Assembly (NCBI RefSeq): GCF_000485595.1
Contig: NW_014577071.1
Location: 447,213-511,212, forward strand
Source: Priapulus caudatus
Lineage: Eukaryota
Length of the DNA stretch: 64,000 bases
Direction of reading: 5' to 3'
Part shown: in pieces, positions 54,101-64,000 of the stretch
Layout: every line of letters starts with the position of its first letter
Position numbering within the stretch: the stretch's first letter is position 1
The notes under the pieces: generated by a model
What the model saw: the letters and a program-made list of their open reading frames with translations, nothing else
Told to the model about the DNA's origin: nothing
Database searches by the model: none
Translations under genes and position numbers: made by a program

Positions 54101-54690
54101 ATAATGGTAATTGATTCACGTATTACTTTGCGAATAAAGGTGAAGCGAGTCAGGTTGGATTCTTAAGTGGTTATGCGGGATTGGGAAGCGGTGATACTGC
54201 TGATTTTAGGATCTCGGTGTTTTGATTTATTTGGCTTAGCTCACTCGTCGTGCACTTATATTCTGTAATTCCGACGATCCGACGTGGTGGGGCCACTTGG
54301 AACAAAATGACGGGCGCTTATTTTCTGGTCCATGTGATTGGTTATCATGGACCGAATGTACTCGTGTTAAATAAAGATAAATCTAAACACGAACTTAAAT
54401 TAAAGGATACAATGAATACTAACAATAAATAACCAAACAATAAATATAATTTCGCTGCCAGATTGAACACACACAGACCCCCCCTGTATGTTGAGTGAAA
54501 TGTAAGATTATATATATCATACCTGAACAAAAGCTGAATGCGTATTTGTCAAAGCCACTGTGAGAATATGTTGGCATATTCCCCCATAAATCACGGGAAA
54601 CGTACGAATTAGCTCAGGGCTATATAGTAAACGAACGAAAACTAGAATAACGTGATATACATCGACGTTAACATCACCTGACAAAATGCG
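50005..54690 (+). repeat. Second copy of 42928-48828; accurate to about 51120, then deletion-rich
   Basis: Collinear match; pervasive 1-3 bp deletions after the (TA)n tract. Confidence 0.9.
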
Positions 54691-55090
54691 CAGTAGTTTT
54701 TCCGCACTGTTTATTTTAAGGAAGCGCGCCACACAGTAAAGCACAATTGGACTTATATTTGACAACCGAAGCGAACAACATGTGGAACACCACGGGGCGA
54801 ACTGCAAATCAGTTTATTATTAACCAATTAATGTATAACTCGGTATTTGTAAGAACCAGAGTGCGACAAATACCTCGCAAAGCACGGATGACTTGCGTTG
54901 CAAATTGACCGCTGAAGATAATTATAAAGTCGTATGTGGGTCAACGTGCACGCGGCCCTTTGCCACACCCAGTCAATCTACCCGTGTTGCTGCTGACATG
55001 TGCTCGGATCGGAGTCACTGTTACAGGTTGTCGCGAGCTGCATGAGCTGCGTCCTGAGCGATGAACGGCAGTGTACAGACAGAGAGAGAG

Positions 55091-55129
<39 letters not shown>

Positions 55130-56400
55130 NNNNNNNNNNCATATATATATATATATATATATGCCATCATATGTGCATGGATACATACGCGTACATAGGA
55201 CGCAGACGTAACAGTGGACAAGCGAGCAAACAATTGGGAAACTTGAGTCGGTCGCTGTGAATCGTATCAGTGACACTGACAGCTCGCCTCAAAAAAAGCC
55301 CCCGCACACCGTAATTTCACGTAAATTCTCGCGCAGTTATGCCCTGTGTTTCGAAAGGGAAACATCATGATTATTCATGTTTTCCGCACGGTAGCAGCAG
55401 CGGGGCCGGGCCGCCTGTAGCGCAATTCATTGTCTACTGCTGAAGCGACGAACGCGCAATATGCCTCTCCATTGTGCGGTCGACGTACATGACTTTTGCA
55501 ACCTAATTGCCGTTTCCTGAGAGTGGGGGGGATAAATCGTATCATTAATTGCCTCTCTAATGCAGCCACAATGCTTGCCGCAATTACCCCGCTGTCGATT
55601 TCAAAATGCGACGAAAACCGTCGACACATTTTGCTTTGTACAAGGGGTTGGGCGGATTGGCCGTGTTTGGGAAGTGGGTCGCATCCCTTTCCTGTGGCGC
55701 TGCGCGGTCCCATCCGGTCCGTCTGCACGCACCCTGACTGACAGCTCGACTAATCTCTCGGCAAACATGATTGTTGTCTTGTGTGTAACTTACGTGGCGC
55801 CTGCACCGATATGTTGATTACGCCTCGCGCTATGTACATAACCCCAAATGTGTCCCTTCCCCGAGCCGGGCCTGCCAGTACACCCGCTGCACTGGCCTGA
55901 CATTTATTTACTGCCTTCAACTAACTGTCATTTCGCCAGCGAAGAACCGACGATCGAGCAACGAAACTTACGTAGCTCCTGCTATTGTTTCGTATCTTCT
56001 TGTAAGTACTCGTCTAACGCTCTTATTAGCATTTAGTTTGCGTAGGATAATTAGCACTGTCTTCGAGATGTATATGAATATCGGTTAACTATTGATGGGG
56101 CGTATCGTAGATTAGCGAATGCACTGGCGCGTTATCATATCACAATGCTCATATCAGCTTATTTATGTGTGCGGCAGGAAAGTCTGTATTATGTACAAAG
56201 ATATCGGCATGTAACCGGGTAGCAGCCTTTTCGTTTTATTGCAACCAGTTTTCGTCGCCGTGGCTAATATTCATATCGGTTGTAACCAGCAACATTGCGA
56301 TAGACAACAATATTGATAGAGAATGACACACATATAGAGTTACCGTCGACACGCTATGATTAGCTTCCGTGGTTTGTTGGTGACGTGCTATATATATATT

Positions 56401-56436
56401 CAGGAGTAGATAATAGAAGACTATTATCTACTCCTG
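56401..56436. mobile_element. CAGGAG hairpin footprint, 16-bp arms, TSD atatatt
   Basis: atatatt[caggagtagataatag-aaga-ctattatctactcctg]atatatt. Confidence 0.9.
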
Positions 56437-57548
56437 ATATATTCTATATCTAACTCTAGTTAGATAGTCAGCAACATGGATTGGCGGCACCGCTCTGTCT
56501 CCCGCTGCGGTTAGATTATATACTCCTGATTATACGATATCAATCGTCGAAACAGCGGCGATAAGTATAGTGAGATAAATCAAAGATTGTCGATGAAATT
56601 ACAGTCGAGTGTATATAATATTCCCCTATACGACTTCGCCTGCTGCTAGTATATCAGTGGTGATAAATAGAACGCGTCATAACTCGAGAGTTATGGTTAC
56701 CGATCGTTTGATTCTAACCTGACGCAGACTCGGGCTCTCAGTAGAGCATTTGATAATCATCGTTGCGAGAGAGTCTGTAGCGGATTCCCACCTTTTATCG
56801 TGGGTACTGGGTAATGAATGATCTGTTATTGATCCGGCGTTTAAGAACTCGTTCGTGTACGCGCACGCGCGCGCATGAAAACGATTTATTCAGTCACTGG
56901 ACTCTTTACAACAACGTTTTTGTTTCCGATTTTTCATTTATTTAATTATGCTTTACCATCGGGTTCCTATATTGAAAATCCATAAGATGAACGAGTCGTC
57001 CGCATAATACGTAGTAAGTAATTAAATAGGGTAACCGCCGCGGCACGTCGCGGTGTTCAGTCTGATCAGAAGTAGCAATCTGGTATGAATTATCCTCTAA
57101 CTACGTAGTTAGTACATGCGCCCTATGCGAAGCGAAGAACCCGCATATGAATAGCGATACAAAGTTTAATGTGAGAAATGAACGAATATACTTCTCACTA
57201 GTGCAGTTAGGTTGATACTCCCTGATATAAGCGGATATTGGCATTTCGTTACGCATTACCCGCATTTTGTATCTGCGGTATCGTTCTTTCATCGATCACC
57301 GACGAAAGCTGTTATTTAAATTATCGTAGATATTGGTGGAAATGATCAAGAGACCCCCTGCATTGGTCGCTATACTCCGCCTGTTAGATCTCGCTTGGCG
57401 TATGCGCCATGCACCTTGCTGCGGCCGTTGCAACCTCTCAACGCTGCGTGATTACAGCTGTAACCCGTTAGCTATCCCACGCGAGATTAGCAGTACAGCA
57501 TATATTGATTCAGTCGAAAACCTCATCTTAATATCGGCACTATAATAT

Positions 57549-57592
57549 CAGGAGTGCATAATAATACATATATATATTATTATTCACTCCTG
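57549..57592. mobile_element. CAGGAG hairpin footprint, 18-bp arms, TSD ataatat
   Basis: ataatat[caggagtgcataataata-catatata-tattattattcactcctg]ataatat. Confidence 0.9.
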
Positions 57593-58024
57593 ATAATATC
57601 ATAATGTACCAAACGTATCACTTCATTAATTTCAGTTAATTTTCTTTTATCGGAAATCTTTCTCCCCCCCTAAAATTTCGAGTTTGTATTTCTCGTCGTC
57701 GCAATGTATGTTGTTGACGATGGAAAAAAAAGAGTAAATAGAGGTATGAGTGCGCCGCCCGTGGAGATTATGGAAACAGAGGGATCCTGTTGTAAACCCC
57801 GTCTCTGTCATTAGACTACTGATAAACTGCTTTTTTATCGTTCCGTAATTACACTGATCGACAGGGACAAGTCGAGATAGCTCGATACTGATTGTAGGTA
57901 TTTAAATATCTAATATCAGTTCACGCACTACGTCAACTGATATGAATTGTTTAATTTATTTATAATAAACCGGCGGAATGCGCAAGTATTAGTTAATTGT
58001 AAGTAAGCTGCTTATACATATAAT

Positions 58025-58064
58025 CAGGAGTTAATAAAGACAAATTTGTCTATCTTAACTCCTG
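58025..58064. mobile_element. CAGGAG hairpin footprint, TSD atataat
   Basis: atataat[caggagttaataaagacaaa-tttgtctatcttaactcctg]atataat. Confidence 0.88.
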
Positions 58065-58161
58065 ATATAATCATACAGCGTAGGTAGGAGTCTACTACTC
58101 TGCAGCAAATTTCGGATCGGCGACCTGCGTTGCAATATGAGAAGAAATTATCAATGTGCGA

Positions 58162-59326
58162 GCTGTTTTTGTTGACGTAAAACCTGCAGCGAAATATTTA
58201 GTTGAATCAGAGTTGACTAGCCACAAGTTACCTTGTCGCTTCTTACTATACGTGGCGACGTGAAATAGTCGTACAGAGCCTGGTCGGCCTAGGCTACAAC
58301 TATAGCTACGATCAGGAGTAAGATAATATAGGATATAATATAGGATATAATATAAGATCCTATATTATCTTACTCCTGCTACGATCTATACGCCTTGGTG
58401 CTGGTAAAATACCAGCCTTGAGAGATTCTAGATTGAAAAATTTCAGTAAAAAATTTCAGCCGAATCAGAGATGATCACTCGGCTGCAAAAGCTACGATTT
58501 TCGTCTGCACGCGGAGACGCGCGAGTCAGGAAACAACGCTAAAGTAACAGACTTAGTAGATTCTGGATGTAGAAATTTCAGGCGCACAACGTAAAAACTT
58601 GTATGCGGCGAACAACCGCATTCATTAAAGATTCCATTCTGCACGCTCTTTTCATCAATTGACAATATAAGTTTAAAACCATGCGACCGCATCATCGGAA
58701 GCGAGTTTGCGGAAATCTAGTTATATAGCGATGGAATGCCATCCCCAGTTTATAGCGCCTATACTGTAACAGACCTCTGCAGTAGGTGTCAGCGTTTCCG
58801 GCAGATGCAAGCAAGCCCTATTTGATGAACGGAGGGTGGAAATTAGTCACCAAACGCGCCGGTAGTGAGCGCTCCAGATTTAGATTGGAAATCTCTCGCG
58901 CGCGATAACCAGTTAAACGTGGGAATGTTGCCCGTGCGTTTATTACCTGCCTGTAGCTGCCCCCCATCTCGTTAATGATATTCGCGAGGCGTTTCGACGG
59001 CGCCGATTTTAGACACGTGCGCGTGTGTATTGTAGGTGCACGTCGCTGACTGCCGCGGCTCTGTCAGTTGTGTTAGTTGTGCGTTGATTGAGCTCAGAGT
59101 GGTGCTTAACACCAGTAATCCTAGATAATCACTCATTAACACCGTTGCTAACACGTCGCTAACACGTCATCGTTGCTAACACGTCGCTAACACGTCATCG
59201 TTGCTAACACGCGGGATGGTGTAAAACGCCTGCGCACGAAGTGCGCTAGAACTATGGCCGTTTTAAGTTTGTATAAATTTTTTGGCACTAAGGCTTTGCG
59301 TTACTAGTTATCGTGTAAGACAAAAG
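58162..59326 (+). repeat. Second copy of 41494-42598
   Basis: Near-identical; ends at N-gap 59327-59336. Confidence 0.92.
58313..58378. mobile_element. CAGGAG hairpin footprint, TSD ctacgat; empty site at 41637-41643
   Basis: ctacgat[caggagtaagataatataggat...atcctatattatcttactcctg]ctacgat versus a single ctacgat in the other copy. Confidence 0.95.
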
Positions 59327-59336
59327 NNNNNNNNNN

Positions 59337-59378
<42 letters not shown>

Positions 59379-60529
59379 TAAATAGATAGATAGATAGATA
59401 GACAGATAGACAGATAGACAGATAGTCATATATATGTATATATATATTTATATATTTATACGTATATATATATAGATATATAGATATATAGATATATATA
59501 GATAGATATAGATAGATAGATATAGGTAGATAAAATAGATATGACACTGATATCGAGATAGTATACTATAATTGATTAATTGTCAGTGAAGTTCCTTTAA
59601 TATAGGTATATACATTACTGTAGCATTATAGGGTGAAACAAAACGACTAGCTTAGGACCTATGTACTAGACAGGAATGGCAAATTGACGGTCTTTCTGGC
59701 GAAAACATTTGCATACAGAAGGAAATGTTATCAGCTAAAACTTCTAATCGATTGATAGATTCCCATGTCGATTAGAAAGGCTAACGCGAACGCTTGTGTA
59801 TAATATTTTCCCAAAGTGGTGGATGTCCCGAGCACAGTAAAATAATTATTATCGTATAGAAAATTGACCTGAAAATTACCGATAAACAATAATAGTTTCA
59901 AAGATAAGATTTTACAAATAATAGTCAGAAATATTACATTTAGCAAATTCCGATTAAACCAACTATCCATCGGTCGATGTAAATTTTCAGTAGTTCGGAA
60001 ATTTCGAAGCTGTATCATAAATCATCAAAGATTTAATTTTAGACAGAAAGGTGCATCTCATAAACTAAAACCTTGAGTAATGTTCACAGGTTAAACACAA
60101 TTAGTTGGCCGAGAAAGCAAATATAGTGTCACTATATATACCGGTAAATGACTGAACAAAGGATTGTAAATTACTAATGTAGTCAATGTTATTTATGATT
60201 CAAGTTCCAGTATAAATGGTGGGTCTAATAATAGTAGAATTTTGCAATACGAATAATGCTTTTGGACGTGATCCCATAAGTTGTTTTGCATCAGATTACA
60301 ACCAATTTGCAAATAAGAATCTTGTTACAATAACAAAACAAACATCTAAATTGACGAAAATCAGGCTGCTATAATATGTGGTTTCACTAGACGTGCTAAC
60401 TAATCAAAACTTGTAATATCTCATAGTTGCTGATTATACGTGATCAATCAAGATAAAAAAAAAATCTTTGGCATAACGTGCAGGTATTTGCGTACAGTAT
60501 AATAAGCATGTGTATATTGTTTATGCCAT

Positions 60530-60577
60530 CAAGAGCTAATAAAAACTTATTTATTTATAGATATTTATTAGCTCTTG
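60530..60577. mobile_element. CAAGAG hairpin footprint, TSD atgccat
   Basis: atgccat[caagagctaataaa...tttattagctcttg]atgccat. Confidence 0.92.
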
Positions 60578-61139
60578 ATGCCATGTATATACATGTGGTA
60601 GATTAAAAATTAATGTGTTATGTATTCTTGTATTCCACAGTTAAACTTCAAATATGCATTAAACGTGTTCAAATTACCTACGTTCATTGCCCGAATGAAT
60701 AAAAGTGTATTCTGCTTAGCTATGGTGAACTGCTTAGCTACCCTAAGATCCCAAATCCGAGGTCATCCGTATTTTTTCCAATAGCATATTGTTCATCTGA
60801 AAATTACCGATAGTTCCCGAAATTGCGAAATTTCCGAATATTTGCGAATGTTCCAAAATTCCCCGCATAATTCCTGGAACTTCCAATTTCTATACGGGAC
60901 AAAACGAATGATAGGCCAATTCTCGAACATAATCATATCTGTATACATGGACAGACCAACGTGCATACAACACACACACACACACACAGCGTGCGTGCGT
61001 GCGTGCGTGTGTGTGTGCGCACGCATCCAACAGAAGCGCGATTTAATTCACAAATATTGCAAACAGTAATTGAACTATATCCATAGCATTAATGAGAAAT
61101 TAACAATAAAAAATTATTATTAATTAGCCGAAAAAACAA

Positions 61140-61202
61140 GAAACAGTAACAATAACAATAACAGCAACAGCAGCAGCAACAGCAACAGTAACAGCAACAA
61201 CC

Positions 61203-61245
<43 letters not shown>

Positions 61246-61262
61246 CAACGGTAATAGCAAAG
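61140..61262. repeat. (CAG/CAA/TAA)n microsatellite
   Basis: Directly visible. Confidence 0.9.
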
Positions 61263-61966
61263 CAATTAATAGCCGTTAGCGACAGGAATAGATGCATAAT
61301 GAAATATACGAAAACATACAATAATAAATAATAAATAAGTATTTTGTTATATCCCGCATTGCAAACGTCATCAAGATACCCTTTCAACAAGCAGGTGCAC
61401 ACACACGTACGCACGTACCCAGGCATGCGTACACACGCTGACACATTCGCGCGTACGCACTACGCAGGCATGCGCACACGCACGCGAAAGCACGCACGCA
61501 CGCTACGGGAAAATGGTGTCTTATATAATAAGAGTGCTTAGCAGTATTAGGTCTTCCTTCTGTAACATATATGCATAGTGTGTATACCTATACTCAGTAT
61601 GTTACAGATGACACGAACTGTTGACAAAATACAACGCACAACACGTTTTATTAATGGAGAATATTCTGCCGACGCACGATTTAGACTTCGAAGTTTATAA
61701 TAATACTAATACTAACAAACATTTAATTGATAGTTGTTGGTGAACAAAGGCAGAAAACTGGCATTTTCTGACCAATTCGTTTGCTTAGCATGTTTGATAT
61801 ATGTAAATTTCGGGCACATTTTTAACGCTTTTAAAATTGTTATTTTTTAACCTATGCAGCTATGTAAAAGTAGCAGATGTGAGATGTGTCCACGGACGCG
61901 CCTTACCGCTATTGCGCATTACACCACTAACCGCAAGTCTACGTAAAGCATAGCAATGCCGCGTAA

Positions 61967-62799
61967 AGCCTAGCGCACACCTGTGATTTTTGGTTGCTCG
62001 TCGCTGCAACTTGCAACCGCAAGCGATCGGTCGCACGCCTCACCGCGTGTGCGCATGCAAGCGACTGCTGTTGTCTTTCCATGACTGACTTGTTTTGTTC
62101 AATGTTTTAGTAGTTTTAGAAGTTTACATAACACTAACACTAGATGGAGTCTCATATTATATAAGGCCATTCCACTATTAAAAAACCGATTTGCCGTAAC
62201 TCACTCAAAAACATTCAATCATGTGGTAGAAAATGGACCCAATGAGACAATATATTAGTATGACTTATATATGATATTATATGATAAATAAAAAACAATT
62301 ATATAGTATTATAAATCATAACTAAATAATGAATTATATATTCTACATATAACTCTTCATACGCAGGCTTTTATATATTTAAGGCAGCATTATTTCAGTG
62401 TTTCAGCTCCGACGAATAGAGACATACATACATAATAACAGGAGTTAATAAAGACAAAGACTTTAAAGACAATAAAGACTTTATTAACTCCTGATAATAA
62501 CACACATTTTTCACGTGATGAGATGGTGCTCGCTGATTGGTCGGACGAGAATTTTTCATAGTTGCAAGTCGCTGTCTACCCGCACACATGCGATTTCGAA
62601 GCGATTTCGGAGCGATTAGGAGCGACGAATTGCTGAAAATCAAATCAGTTTGATATCTTGCAACTCGTTGCAAGCGACCAGAATCGCTACGGGTTGCAGT
62701 TGCACGTTCCCGCATACGTAGCAATTTCACAGCAATTTCGACTGCGATTCTAGAATCGCTGCCGAGTTGCATGAAAACGTCGCAAGTGTGTGCTAAGCT
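61967..62799. mobile_element. PIF/Harbinger-like non-autonomous element (833 bp)
   Basis: taa[agcctagcgcacacctgtga...tcgcaagtgtgtgctaagct]taa: about 20-bp TIR with 4 mismatches, 3-bp TAA TSD, subterminal gcga/ttgca repeats. Confidence 0.75.
62439..62493. mobile_element. CAGGAG hairpin footprint nested in the Harbinger-like element, TSD ataataa
   Basis: ataataa[caggagttaataaag-acaaagactttaaagacaataaaga-ctttattaactcctg]ataataa. Confidence 0.92.
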
Positions 62800-63375
62800 T
62801 AAGGTCAAAAGGTAGCGAGAAATTTACTTAGCATCGGCCTATCACCTGTCTACCTATTTATCATGATCTCCATCGAAAAGAAACGCTTGACATCTTGAGT
62901 CCTTTGCGTCTGACAAACGATCCAACGCCTGGCGCATCATGGCAAACGCATGTTTGCCGTATAAACAGTACGAGGGGACTCGTATGAAACTGCAGACAGA
63001 TGACGGGGAAGATAAGCGTATTTGCCCATGTTTCACGGCGTCGTGCAAACTGTCATATAATTCCACATGTGCGCATGTAGTGTTTACACTATCTGCTCAA
63101 ACAGTGCGAGAAATAGCAGGTGAAGATTTTGTGCATGGTCGCATGCGGACTGGCCAACTACTAACTAGATCTGGGAAATATATTTAAGCGTACATGAACG
63201 CGGATGAGTACGTGTATGCCAACGCGATATCAACCGGCTGGTGATATAAATATGGCGTATTTCACTGCACATGGCATTTTATCTAAGGCCATAGCAACAG
63301 CAATAGCTACACACTAGCCTAAATATCAGTTAAACGGGCATCATAAGTAGTAGTCCGTAGTAGTTGATAAACGTA

Positions 63376-63450
63376 CATAGCTCTAAAACTATAGCCCTTC
63401 GCTCTGCCACAGGCGCTCGCCCCTCGCCAGGGCTATAGTTCTAGAACTAA
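63376..63450. mobile_element. 75-bp CATAG-ended hairpin element with 8-bp TSD taaacgta (P-like MITE or footprint)
   Basis: taaacgta[catagctctaaaactatagccct...agggctatagttctagaactaa]taaacgta. Confidence 0.7.
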
Positions 63451-64000
63451 TAAACGTAATGTAATACACATGTAACGTAGTAACACGGCATCCGGAATAA
63501 GAGGTCAAAGGAATGTGCCACGGTACGATGCAGCACTAATGAGTTATCGGTGACACGGACGTAATAATTATAACAGAAACCTTGCACTTCCACATCGACA
63601 AAACAACATTGCTCATGCAAATAACAACGTGTAAATAGAGACGTGCGTGAAGCTATTTCCTAGTTCGTAGTTCGTAGTTTCTTATTTTCAAAAATAAGTA
63701 AGTGGACTCTTACATTACATTCAAACTCTCCACAAGCTAGAGTATAGCATGTGCGCCATCCACAACCTGAGCTACATCTGTTTCTATGGTGAAATAAAAG
63801 TGAACTACTATGGCGCTGCTGTAAAATAAGGAAATGGGTCTAATCTACATCTGTATTGTATTCGTGTATATTTGTATTTTGAAAATTTCTACATGGCAGA
63901 AATGTTGAGAATAAATGTCGGTGAAATTATAAACAATTTTGAGTTTTTTTTACAAGTCACTATACACTTTGTTATAACCACTTAGTCCGAAACAGAGTGA

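Noticed and set aside
55375..55817. Overlapping 80-117 aa ORFs in a GC-richer, TAAT-containing stretch
   Set aside because: No domain similarity or splice signals recognised; could be regulatory but this cannot be tested here.
59671..60891. Possible old hAT-like element (caggaatggcaaatt ... aacttccaatttcta, GGAAA/TTCC subterminal repeats)
   Set aside because: TIR match is weak and no TSD was found.

Overview
Eukaryotic (animal, probably lophotrochozoan invertebrate; inference) draft-assembly scaffold. The one complete gene is an 11-exon coatomer subunit delta gene (ARCN1/COPD, + strand, 920-9188, 513 aa by my splice reconstruction). It has an ATG-only first coding exon, a probable GC-AG intron, and a ~95-bp tandem repeat that duplicates the exon-5 splice acceptor. 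The remaining ~55 kb is non-coding and repeat-rich: microsatellites, a 31-bp minisatellite, Helentron-, hAT-, Harbinger- and P-like non-autonomous elements, one orphan coding-like exon (12837-13005), five N-gaps, and several multi-kb duplications whose second copies are indel-riddled (probably raw long-read or haplotype redundancy). The most striking signal is a dense family of 33-66 bp hairpins, CA(A/G)GAG...CTC(C/T)TG, flanked by 7-bp direct repeats. They have 14-22 bp arms and templated filler, the window contains a filled/empty site pair, and one-sided remnants are as short as 3-7 bp. They look like excision-repair footprints (or minimal MITEs) of several P/Galileo-like transposon subfamilies. 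All coordinates were read by eye; no alignment or database search was run.
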